Below are positions 49,494 to 61,600 of a stretch of 64,000 bases of DNA, one piece after another. How positions within the stretch are numbered: position 1 is the stretch's first letter; each line of letters starts with the position of its first letter. The notes under the pieces are model-generated. The model was not told the origin of the DNA. It made no database searches and worked only from the letters and a program-made list of their open reading frames with translations. A program made the translations under genes and the position numbers. The DNA comes from Monocercomonoides exilis PA203 (Eukaryota; Protista; Preaxostyla), in the NCBI GenBank assembly GCA_001643675.2, contig LSRY02000040.1:1-64000 (forward strand), in the 5' to 3' direction.

Positions 49494-50561
49494 TTAATCT
49501 GCATTCTTTTTGCTGGTTGTTGAGCCACAATTCTCAAATGGAGATTGGGTGATGCTGCTGCCATTGAAAAACACATCATTTCCTCTGCCATTTGCAGCTG
49601 TATTGCCATCGAAGAAACAGAATGTGATGAATTTTATTCCATTCATCCAAGTGAAGGTGTTTGTGCAGCACAGCGCAGCTCCTCCCCATGAAGATGACGA
49701 ACTTGTCAATTTGTTATTAATAAATTGGCAATCATTTATTAAAAACTGACTTGGATTATTGCTTGGTGGATTTTGAAAAGTGAGAGAGCCAGCAGAATCA
49801 CCATCAGAATTTGAAATGCACTTGCATTTGGTGAACAGGCATTGGCCGTTTGATGGAAAAGCACCAATATAAAAATACCAACCAGTTCCGCACCAATCTG
49901 TTATTGAACAATTTTCCACCATGTTATCAGAAAATGAATAAACGGAAGATGAATGTTGTCCATCTATACAAATTGCTCCTCCATGAGGAGCAGAACAGTT
50001 TGTAAAATTGGATTTTGAAATATTTTCATTTTGCAAACAGTAACTGTATAGTGCTCCACCACCAGTATCGCCTGTGATCGAACAATTGTTGAATGAACAG
50101 GAAGTGATTGTGAGATTGGCATTTGTGCAGTTCACTTTAAGTGCTCCACCATAATCATTTCCTCCAGTTGAATCATTCCATTCACACCATTCAAAGCGAT
50201 GGCTGTTCTCATCGAATGAAGTCAGTCTTCCAGGTGATTTTCTGTGAGTTTCATTTCCTTCATATACAACAGGAGCATTTGATGAAGAACGTGTTTGGTG
50301 GAGAAATGAAGTGTTGAAGGCAGAGAGAGAAGTGGATGGGCTGTTGAGGTTTGGGAGAATGGCACCATCGATGGGGTTGTGAGTGTGGATAAAGATGGAT
50401 GAGTGGATAGAGAGGGATGAGTGAAGTGAGAAGGAGGGGATTGTTTTTTTGTTGGTTGAAGTGAACCTGAAATTTGTTTTTACAAAAGCGAAAGTACTTT
50501 TTAACTGGAATCTAGTCTTAATTTGCATGAAATGTCTTTTGATTTTTCTAACTTTGTTCAT
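49494..50561 (-). CDS. Right-handed beta-helix / Pmp-like repeat protein (Cys/Asn/Ser-rich); true start uncertain
   Basis: Repeated GGAL/GGAI motifs with FxNC-type spacing (YGGALKV..SFNNC, GGGALY..NFTNC, HGGAICI, WGGAAL..FDGNTA..GNDVFF). Confidence 0.75.
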   Translation of the reverse strand: MNKVRKIKRHFMQIKTRFQLKSTFAFVKTNFRFTSTNKKTIPSFSLHSSLSIHSSIFIHTHNPIDGAILPNLNSPSTSLSAFNTSFLHQTRSSSNAPVVYEGNETHRKSPGRLTSFDENSHRFEWCEWNDSTGGNDYGGALKVNCTNANLTITSCSFNNCSITGDTGGGALYSYCLQNENISKSNFTNCSAPHGGAICIDGQHSSSVYSFSDNMVENCSITDWCGTGWYFYIGAFPSNGQCLFTKCKCISNSDGDSAGSLTFQNPPSNNPSQFLINDCQFINNKLTSSSSSWGGAALCCTNTFTWMNGIKFITFCFFDGNTAANGRGNDVFFNGSSITQSPFENCGSTTSKKNAD

Positions 50562-52529
50562 TTTTATGACGGTTGTTGAAACGATAAGTTAGAAAAAGAA
50601 TTCTTTTTTAACAATTATAATCTGTAAATTATTATTTTTAAAATATATTAAAAAAGAGTGTTGAAAAAATTTTTCTTTTCTTTTTGTTTCTGAATGTTTT
50701 ATGTTTTGAAATAACTTCATTGCACTTTATTAAAAATAGATATCTTAATTAAAAAATGACCAGTCAGAGGAAAATACCAAAAAAATATGAAGTACCATTA
50801 TTTATGTATTTTTCACACTTTTTTGCATCCAAAGATTTTTTTGACAAGCCCTTTTGTGTACTGACCGTTGTTTGCTGAAAACGTAAGTCTTTTATTTGTT
50901 TTCCATTCCTATAACTGAAAACATTTGTTTTCTTGTTGTTGATGTCTCATATGATGTTTTTTTCTTTTTTCACCTTTTTGGTGGATATTATACAAAGAAA
51001 TGTCTTTCACAAAAATAGTTATTAGAACTTTGAAGATAATACGCAATGCCAAAACCGCGTAAAAAATATGATCAGCGTTTGAAAGAAGGAAGCCACGAGC
51101 GGGAAAGAGATTCAGGGATTTATTGGTGCATAAATTCGGGACAGCCTTTCAAAGAGATTTTTCCACTGAGCTTGAAGCTTCATTATCTGCGAGTGAAGCA
51201 AAACTTGAAAGTGGAGCCGAAGCTTGAGTTGACGAAGAAAGAAATTTCAGATGATATTTCCTGGCTTGTGACAAATGGCGGGGGCTTTAGCAGCAGAGAA
51301 GAAGGACTCCGAACTTGGAAGATTAGTGGGATATTCCCCACAGTTTTAGGGGGGTCGTCATCTGCCGGAGGAGGCAAAATGGAAAGTTTGTGAAATTAAT
51401 TATGAACTGATTGATTCGAACCAATTACAGATTATCTTGTCTTTCTTCCTCAGCTCATGCAAGTTATTGGAATCTGCGAGTCTGTTTCGATGACACTCAC
51501 GAATCATTTTTTGGAGAGCTATTCGGATTACAACATTCGTTTTCTGAGCCATCAATTGGAGTTATTGCATGTGTGATGAGAATTTTTTTAAAAAAAATGT
51601 TTTTAAGGACTTCTATTTTGACTATTATTTTGTGTTTGTGTGTGCGCTTGCTGTTTGTACTGTTGTGACCAGATGAATTTGAAAGCATGTGCTCCTTCGT
51701 TGTGTTCTGAATTGGAAGGACGCTTCAAACTATTTCTTGGGACTTATGATAATTACCCTGTGGATGGAGAAAACTTGGAGTGGTTTGCGTTTTTTCCTTT
51801 TTATTTTAACTGATATTTTTGTCAACTCGTTTGTTATTTCTGTTGCTATTTTCTGTATTTCTGCTGTGCTTGGCAAACAACATTCTTTTCACTTCAACAA
51901 CACAGGCTTCAATCATTTGTTGGGCGTGTTCTTTCTGGCTTCTTCAGCCTAGCAGGTGCTCGGCGTGCTGTATCATCAGCCTCTTTGCAACCGATCGGAT
52001 CAGAGGCTCCAGCAATCCCCATTGCAGAGCGAGAGAGGCGGTTTATTGAGTCGCTGGGGAAGCAGCAGGAAACACATACAGCCAACGATCCCCGCTTTCC
52101 AGCACAAATTCCTGCTGAGTTATCACTCTCTTATGCAGCATGCTCTCCTCCCTTACCATCTGCACAGCCTCGCTCTGATTGCATGGGCAGCTCATTGGCT
52201 GGGAAAGACAAGACAGACACTTCTCTTTCAGCAGCCAGAGATGGAATATCTGGCTCTATCCAGATCCCGCAGATTCCTCTGTCTTCAAACAGATCGTCCT
52301 GTTCCTCTTCCTCACCTTCTTCTAATTCTTCTTCTTCTCTTTCTCCATTTAATTCTTCTTCCTCCTCTTTTTCAAATTCTTCTTCTTCTTCTTCTTCTTC
52401 CTTCTCTCTTCTTCCTTTTTCTCCTTCAGCCCAAACTCTTCTTTCTCACTTCCTTCTCTTGTCTTCCAATTCACTTGGAATATCTTCAATGCTTCTTTCA
52501 ATTCGATGGATGAGTGGCAGATGAGGAAA

Positions 52530-53477
52530 CTACTGTTTGGCAGACACAGAAGAAGATGAAATGATTGAGAGAGAGAACATCGTCAGAGCAAACAGCTCAT
52601 CCACACGCACATTGCAGCTGGAGGTGAGAGATGGATGAGACAATGAATGAAGACTTTTGGGGTTGGATGAAGAAATCGAAAAGGCGGTTCCAAAAGAATT
52701 GGTCGATGATGCTGTTTTGACTTCTTCTTTCTCTTCTTCGTCTTCACCTTCGCACTCTAATGATAACGTTCCATTTTCCCAATCTTCAATGTTATCATCA
52801 TCTTCTTCTTCAACTCCTTCTTCTTCTTTTTTCTTTTTCTTCTTCTTCTTCTTTTTCTTTTTCTTCCGTTTTCTTTGCCTCCCCTTCTGTACAATCATCT
52901 CCTCTTCGTAATGTGAAACTTACTCGCCCATTTCTACTCTGCCCAGCCTTCCCTGCCCCCTCCAACGTTCCCCTGCAACACCAGCTCATCCTTCTCCTTT
53001 TCCTACCCAATCGGCTGCTCGACCTTCTCTTCATAAGGCGCATTCATTTTCTTCTGCTCCTGTTTTTTTATCAACTCTTTCCTCATCAATTTTTACTTCC
53101 TTTCCAAACTTCTTGATAACACTTCGAACTCCTTTGACCTCTTCTCTCTCTTCTCTCTCTCCTCCTCCTTCTTCTCATTCTTCTTCTCCTCCTCCTACTC
53201 CTCCTCCCTCTTCGCATCTGTCAGCAGACTCAACTGACTGCAGCAGCATCTCCATTCTCTCAATATCTGCCTTGCCCATCAAGGTGCTGTTCAGCATCGA
53301 TGGAATGCCATTCAGCAATGCCCTGAGTGATTCAATGATTCGGATGGAAGGAAACAGCGCAGACGCCTTCAGAGGCAGATGCTGCCAGAAACACAGGCCA
53401 ACAAGCACGATGAGGGTGAGCGTCTCGGCAAGCGACTGGAGGATGTCCCCGATGGTGTTGAAGAGGACCTGTTGCAA
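52530..53477 (-). pseudogene. Broken copy of a repeated hypothetical family with Glu/Lys-rich low-complexity tail
   Basis: Paralogous to 31740-31990. Several frameshifted ORF pieces. Confidence 0.6.
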
Positions 53478-55003
53478 GAATCAGTTTTTGAGTGAAATTT
53501 CAAAGAAGTTAACAAAAAATATCAAAAAGGTTGAAAAGAAAAAATAAAAAGAAAAACAGGAAAAGTTCAATCAAGAATTCATAATTAAAAAACAATACTC
53601 CTTTGCAAATGAGTTCATCTTGTCGTCTTCCTGATTGAAGCAGCTTGTCTTTTATCATTTCTTCCCAGCCATTTATTTTGAGAGAATGAAGGATAAATAA
53701 CATCTGTTCAACACCAAAAGAGAAAGAAAGAAGAAAAAGTTTATTGGAAATATAAAAACATGAAATTATAGTTGACTAAAAAGAATGAGTAATTTTTGAA
53801 TTTTTTTATAATTTCTTTCTTTCTTTCTTATTCAAATAAAAAATGCATAAATGTTACAAAAATTGGATAACACACCTTATTCTGATCAAACATTTCTATC
53901 GTAGCCTGTTCTGTCTTGTCAGACTCATTCATGCATCACACGTATTGTTTCTGCGTTTGTCTAGAAATCCACCCCGAAATCAGCGAAACAATGAAAATCA
54001 ACAAAACAACCAAAAATGATGATTTTCCAAAAAAAACGTAACAAGCGTCTTTACAGATAAATGCATTTAAAGCGGATTCACCATAAAACGAATAATATGC
54101 TCGAATGCACTCAAAATCCCGCATGTGCTTGGTTCTGCATATTGAATAAATCTTCTTTTGCCATCTCGAATTTTTTCATCTTCAAACGGCTTCAAAGCCT
54201 TTTGTAAAAAAGAATCTCTTTCAATGCTCTGTTAACAATGATGTTCATTGTTGTTTTGATGTTGCTCCATAATGCGTTTAGTTATCATTCACTTTATTAT
54301 CAAAAAACTGTGAATTGTTGAAAGCTTGAATCCCTCCCAATCTTCCTTCAGCCTGGATGGCCTACTCAAGTTACGAACAAATAACAAAATTATCCTGATA
54401 TCTCAAAACTTTTCTCAACACATAAAATTTGAAACATTCATTGAAACGAGCAAACACCTTGAAATAAAAGAAAAAATCATTTCGATGAAATAAAGCTTCC
54501 AGATGACTCTAAATGTGAGGGAAATAAGTGTAATATTTATGTATGAATTTTTATTTGCAATGACGATTAAATGCATAGTTTAATGTGCAAATTGTTGCTT
54601 TTTTGTCTCTTCTTCGAAAAGTTTTTTTCAAAGTCCTTTCGCTTCTTCTTCATTTGCTCAGAATGTTGAAATATATATATTTTTTTAATACTCAATTCCA
54701 GACATGTGAGATATTTTTCGATACGTTCAACAATTCATCGAAATTAAATCCAGATCCTTGGAATAAATTATTGTTGGCTCGATCAGATAAAAGCAAAAGA
54801 TTAACATTTCTATCTTCATTCAACCAATCCTTGCGGCTTCTTCGAATTTTCTTTTGGACTTCTTTTTATTAAGCAAAAATTTAACTGTTTGTGTTGCGAT
54901 CATTTTAAGACTGAAAGATAATCAACGATGTTTATATTTATCTTTTATTTTGTTTCTTATTAAACGTTGCCACTCTTTTTGTATATTTTTTATAACAAGC
55001 AGA

Positions 55004-56426
55004 ATGAGTTTGTTTGATGGTTATAATTTTGAAGATGAAATTCTGACTACGGCCAGAACCGAGCAGTTTTCAAGTTTGTTCTTTTATTTGGACTAAATAA
55101 TTCTGAACAAAAATTTTTGTATTTTGAAACTTGTTTGAAGAATTGTTTTGTGAAGTGGAACATTGCAGAGAAGATGAACAAAAACAGAAAATTGAGGAAA
55201 TGAATGGGTTAATTGATGAAATGAATAAAGAAGAATTCAAATCAGTTTTCACAGAAAAATTATTCGATACAATCGACAAAATGATTGAAGAAAAGAAACT
55301 GTCATTGGAAAGTGCAATCTTGCTATTGAAGCATGTTGGATATTGCAAAGTGCTGAAAAAGATTTTCTTATATTCTTTTGATGATTCATCTTTGAGCAAA
55401 AGAATGAGAGAGATGATGATTGATGAAAATGAGAAGAAAAAAGAAATAAACGAAAAAATTATTACAGATCACTGTGAATGTTATCTTTATTTGAAAGACA
55501 GGACTATTTCAAGACTGCCTTATGCATGTGTGACTTGCCTTTTGAAAGATGCATTGAAGAAAGACGAGACCGAAGAAGCTCAGAAGGAAGTGGAAATGGC
55601 GTTGCTGGCTTTGGGCAATATTGGATATTGGGTTTGAGAACCTTTTTCCATTTTGATATTGTTGAATTGTATTTTCTTCTTTTTTGCATAGGAAATGAAA
55701 AGAGAACTGTATTTGAATGAGATAACAGAAATCATCAAATATCACCAGGAACATCAGAATCTGACACAACTTGCCTATCAGTCTGCTTGGCAATTTTTGA
55801 TGAACAGATTCTCCAACGACAAGAGCTTGGAAGAAGTGATTGTGAATGAACTGCATTTCGCCAGAGAAGCAACAAAAGCATTGGAAGATCTGTCAAAGAG
55901 TGTGGATTGGAAGAAAAAAGAAGAGGGAAAAGGAGAAAGGGAAGTGAAGGAAGTGCTTGTTATCGAGAGATGGATCAATGACATTTTTTGTTTCTTATAC
56001 TCAAACACATTGTGGAACGAAGAAATTGCTGGACTTCTTTACAGCATTGTTCAAGTATTTCAAGCATCAAGAGATAATTACCCAGATGCAAGGTGTCGAT
56101 GCCTTTATTCATTAAGAAGTGCAGTTGAAAAGAGAAAAGTGAAAATTGATGACTTGTTGAAAAGCGGAGCTATTGGAATCTTTTTGGAGGAAATGAAGCA
56201 ATCAACTTTGATTAATTTTTCAATTGTGCAAAGTTTGTCTTTGTTAAGTAAAATTTCAGAAAGACTGAAAGAAAAAAAGGATGATGAAAAGGAAGAGGAG
56301 GAAAGAAAGGCAATGAAAAGAAAGATATTTGAAAAGCTGGAAGAAGAAGGTTGTGAAGATTGCATTGAGAGTTTTCATAAAATGTTTTTTTTCTCAATGG
56401 AAAATATAATGATGCTTTGTTATTGA
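55004..56426 (+). CDS. Hypothetical helical protein, paralog of 32711-34075; introns at ~55074-55140 and ~55632-55691
   Basis: GTTTG donors and AG acceptors join the frames. Same family motifs. The family terminus ISDYFVNV* lies in a shifted frame (~56428-56454), implying a 3' frameshift or sequencing indel near the T-run at ~56385. Confidence 0.82.
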
Positions 56427-57466
56427 TTATTTCTGATTATTTTGTAAATGTTTGAGAAAAAGAAACTCACTTTGTTCACAAATATTTAATTATTTTAACT
56501 TATTTTATTATTTATTTTTGATTTGATTGATTTATGATCCAACAAGACTTTGACCGTTTTTTGTTAAAAAAACAATAATATTTTTTTCTGTGTTATCTGT
56601 TTATGACTGTTCGGTAGATGTTTGAAGAAATGAGATTCCTAACATTTTGATATTCACTGTGCTTGTTTTTTCTTTTTTGATTATTCCCTTTATCAGCAAA
56701 TGGTTGCTTGCATCCTTTTTCAATGATAATTTTTGTTGAATTGCGTGATGAATAATCAGCTAATGTTGTAAATGTTTGAGAAAAAGAGAATCAAATTTAA
56801 ATTTTAACTCAAAAATTGATGCTTTTGTATTTGTATTTGTTACTCCAAAATGATGTCTATTTCTTTTTCATCGTTTCACAGAATGGCCACAAACTCAGGC
56901 ATTTGAAATTTTTGTGAAAAAATACTTTGGGTGGTTAATTTATCCGGACTTTTTTTTTATCCAAACAAAAATTTAAAATTAAAATATCTCAACAAATATT
57001 CAATATTAATTTACAGTAATTTGCACAGTTGTATATTAGCATATATGACATCTATTCATAAACAAATTTTTAATAGCGGTGTTGTATAATTTATGAAATA
57101 AATCATTTTCGTTTCAGAAAATCTGCCTTTTGATGAATTTTTCTATTTTAATAAAATGATTCAATTTATCTTTTGTAAATAGCGCTTATTTTTTCTATGT
57201 AATAAACAATTTTGGTTATTTTTCATTTTCTGCAATTTGCTCGTATTGACTGAATGAAAATCTGTCATTTTTGAAAAATTTTTGTCAATGGGAAAACTTT
57301 AAAAAAATGTTTTTTGCAAAACTCAAAAACACCAAGTGAATAAAATGTATGCATTAATTATTGAAACGGTTTATTTAATCATTTCCACGATGTTATTTGA
57401 AATGAATTGCAATCCATTTAATTATATTTTTTAGATTCTTTTTGTTTTTGATAATATTTGTCATTG

Positions 57467-57692
57467 TTTTTTTGAAAAGTTCCTTTTGTTTAATTTTAAA
57501 ATAGAATTAAAATATCTTTTTTCGATCAAATTTCTGTTTCCACTCACCAAACTTTGCTGTTATGAAAATAATATCTCAACAATGTTATTATTTCCATTTT
57601 TGTGAATTTTCATGATTGGGAACAGAAATTTGATCGAAACAAGAAATTTTTATTTTATTTGTAACTTAAACAAAAAAAACTTTTCACAAAAA
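57467..57692. mobile_element. MITE-like foldback with ~75-bp imperfect terminal inverted repeats
   Basis: 57467-57542 (..GAAAAGTT..TTCGATCAAATTTCTGTTTCCA) is the approximate reverse complement of 57617-57692 (TGGGAACAGAAATTTGATCGAA..AACTTTTC..). Non-coding ~75-bp interior. Confidence 0.65.
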
Positions 57693-58634
57693 TTTTGCCA
57701 TTTTGTGAAAATTCTATTGAAATGCTAATATGGCTGATCCTTTTAAAAATCATACTTTCGTTCGATTTTTGATCAAAATATTTTTCTTTTTTGGATTATT
57801 TCAAATGAGGATTTGTTTTTTAGGAACTCTTATTGTTTTTGTTATTGCGATAGCAGAAACATATTTTGAAAAAAATTTTTCAGAGAAGTGAATTTAAATC
57901 AAGACTCGAACGAAAGTGTGATTTCAAAAAGTGTCAGTCTTTCAATAAAAAAGATCATAAATTGAAATAACAAACATAGTAGCAGAATTTTATGATCACA
58001 AAAAATAGATTTTTTTCATTGAATTTATAACAAACAAAACTGTCGTATTCATATGTTTTAATAATTTACACAGAAACCATTCCTATTTTTTTTTTTTTAG
58101 TGGTTGAGTATTTTTTGATCATGTTTTTAACAGATGGAACAAAAACCACTTGACATGTCACAACATTGAATACAAGATTGCTTTCTCTAAAAAAAACAAG
58201 AGGGAAATTTCTGATATTTTTCATCAATAAACACATTTTCATCACCAACTCAATTGTCATCCTAGACTTTCATTTTCGTTTCGACTGAATATTGTTAAAA
58301 AAATAAATTGAAATCAAACATAAATAGGATTTCGAAATATATTTTCAGAATAATTCTTCTTGTGGTTGTTGAGAGATCGAACTTGTTCAAAATTTTTTGC
58401 ACAATCTGCAATTGAAATAAAAAAGTTTGCGAAATTTTTCTTTTTGTTTTTTAAATTAAAAGTATTTCTTTCTCTTATAACATATTTCTGTTTTGAATAA
58501 TTAAAGATGCATTAAATAATGAAATGAAATATTTTTCGAATAATGAAAAAAAGAAAAACAAAAAATATGGATACTGATCATCAAAAAAACCATTCGTTAA
58601 GTTTTTGTTTATTATTTGAAGAGAGGTCGAAAAA

Positions 58635-61600
58635 ATGGCGAGCGAAGAGAGCATGTCGATGTGTTCGACATCAAGTGGGATGACGAATGAATATGCTCAA
58701 GCAGAAGGTTTCAGTAAACTGGAAACAGTTGGATTTTCATTTTTTTCACCTCTTTACCATCAACCGAAACATCCGAGCAAAACGTGGGAAATTTTCGTCT
58801 GGGCATTCACAGTGCTTCAGATGGTTACACTCAGTTTCTTTCGAATTGACGTTTCCACGCAAAAAGTGAACACAGTTTCTTTGGTTTGCGATTTTCATCT
58901 TTGTATTTTTTCCTATGTGATTTGTTTATCATTCCACAATCCTGAACTTGATGAATGTATATTTTTGGGGTTAAATTTTTTATTCATGCGACTGTTAGTG
59001 CGTTGGCTTTCCAGATGGAACGTCTCTTGGATATTTGGCAGGAAATTACGTTTCGTTTGTAATAATAGGATGCGCAGGATATTTGGCATTGCTCATTATA
59101 TACATAGCGGTTACAGCGATTTTTCAAGGCGTTATTTCAGGCTCGCAGCCGTGGGTCATTTCACTTTTGCGCTGGCTTGTGAACTTTACATACACCATCT
59201 TGTTTATCCCATTGACTTCAATATGCATAGCAATATTTGATTGCTATAAATCCGAAGGGCAAATGGTCCATCGGGGATTTGAAGGCAGTTGCTCGGGTTC
59301 ATTGTTATCGTTTTTGGGATTTATTGTGTCAATGCTGGTACTTATTGTTCTTCTTTTGTCTTCAATTTTTGTAAACAGCATGATTTTCAACCACAATCCG
59401 AAGCATGGTGGGCTATGGTCATCTCCAAGTGGGCTGTGGCAAGCGGTGGACTCGTCACTTGTGTTTGGATGTGTGTTTGCGATGAGAACGCTGATTGAAT
59501 GGCCATTCTGGCGCGGAGTGGTTACTGTTGGATCTTCTCTAGCGATGATGGTGTATTTCGTGTATATTCAGCCGATATACAAACTGAATGGAAATCTGCT
59601 GATGGGCAGTAAATGGTGCATGTTTGGATGCTTGAGACTTATTGACGAAATTCTGTATGCAATTGAAGGAGCAACAGGCAACTGGATAATAACTATTGTG
59701 CTTCAAGTTGTTGGACTAATAGCTGGAATTGTTGCTTGTGCAGTGCTGTTGCCCAAGATTTGTCGAAAAATGAGAGAGAAAAAGTATCTTTTAACAGCTT
59801 TTGGCAACCAGCTGTCAGACATTTGCACGAAAAATCCTTCTTTGGCTCTGCCTCCGCTGAAGAAGCCAGAAAGAGTGGAGCCATCACTTCGCTTTATACA
59901 ACAGAAAGAATACAACTCGATGATTCATTTGACATTTGCGGATTACGTGTACACACACGCACTGAAGACGAACCCGAACAACAGCATGCTGTGCTTCCAG
60001 TATGCGACGTTTCTGTCTGCCTACCGCAAAAACTACATGAAGTCGAACACGCTCATCCAGAAGGCGCGGTCGCTTTCTCCGGGCATGTTTCTGAACTTTG
60101 TGCTGTTCTGCAAGGCGAAAGAGAACGGCGGGCGCGCAAACGGGCAGAACGGCGGGAACGGGGCAGGCAACATGACCTCGTTTGCCTTCACGACGCTGCT
60201 GGCAAAGGCAGAGAAGCACCACGAGCAGGCTGTGAGTGCGATGAAGGACTTCTTCGAGAACGCGACAGCGATGCAGCCAGACTACAAGGCGATTCCGGGT
60301 CTGTTGAATTCGATTGTGAAGAACGAGGATGTTGCGAGAAAAAGCTACGAAGAGCTGATTGCGTCGCACGAGCAGAACACAGGTGTGCTGCGGAGCTATG
60401 CGCGTCTGCTGCTGGACATATACGACGACGAAGACGAGGCGGAGATGATTCTGAACAGGGCAGAGCAGATTGAAGAGGACTACGGCTACGGCGAGTCGAT
60501 GGCACATACACACGCTGGAGGCTTCCACGATGGGTCGTTTGGGATGGGCGAGGCATACGAGATGAGCGGGAGGAGAAGCGCAGGGGGAGACAGGACGGGT
60601 GCAGAGCACGAGGCGAATATGCCACGCATTGTGAGGCGGGGAAGCTTTGAGGTGAATGCAGGGAGTGTTAAGGATGGCACCAATGGAGACAAAGGAGCAG
60701 AGGGTTCTTCATTGGAAGCGCAGAATTTGGAAGGAGATCGCGAATCTCTTGCGAGAAGCGAGGCGCAATGGCAGCAGTCTTCGAGTGGCGTCAGAAGGCA
60801 TCACACGTCAAATCGGAGGAGGAGAAAGAAGAAGAAGAAAGAGTCAACGATTGTCGATCTGGTGATGGGAGGACACGGAGAGCACGGGAACAAAGAAGGG
60901 AACATTTTCAGGCTGAAGTTCACAGTCATTGTTTCGCACATGATAGACATAGTTGTGCTAATCGCTGCCCTGATTGTGTATGTCGTCATGACGAATAATC
61001 ACCAGAAGAACCTACAGACGCTGCGGAATGTGTGCGACTTGTCATTTCATTCAGCACGTTCAGCCACAATCGGATACAACTTCTTTATATACGACAAAAG
61101 GTACAACTTTACAGACCCGACTTCCTCAGACAAGTGGCCGGCAGGAATGATTCAGAAGAAAGATCTGTTGAAAATGATGGACGATACATCAGAAAGCCTG
61201 GCCTCTATGCTCGGCAGAATCCACCAGTCAACCACAAACTTGGAGGTGTGGGAGACGGCAGACGTCAGCACGTATTTCTTCACGATGACCACAAAGGAAG
61301 AGGAACAGGACGGAGAGACAACGGAGGTGATAGACATCAAAAGGCAGGTACTCCGCTCGTCGTCGATGTTGGAGGTGCTTGCGACTGTTTCACAGATCAC
61401 TCACCATCTGTATCTATCGAACATATCTTCTCGACCTCAAGATCCTGATTATCTGTCAAACATACAGTTTTTGGTCTTCAACTGCCCTGTTCCAATTTTG
61501 GAAGGTGCGAAAAGAGTCATCATTTACTACTTCGACCTTATGAACACAGAATGCAACCAGATCATCATTGTCTTTTCTGTCATCATCTCTGCTTTTCTAT

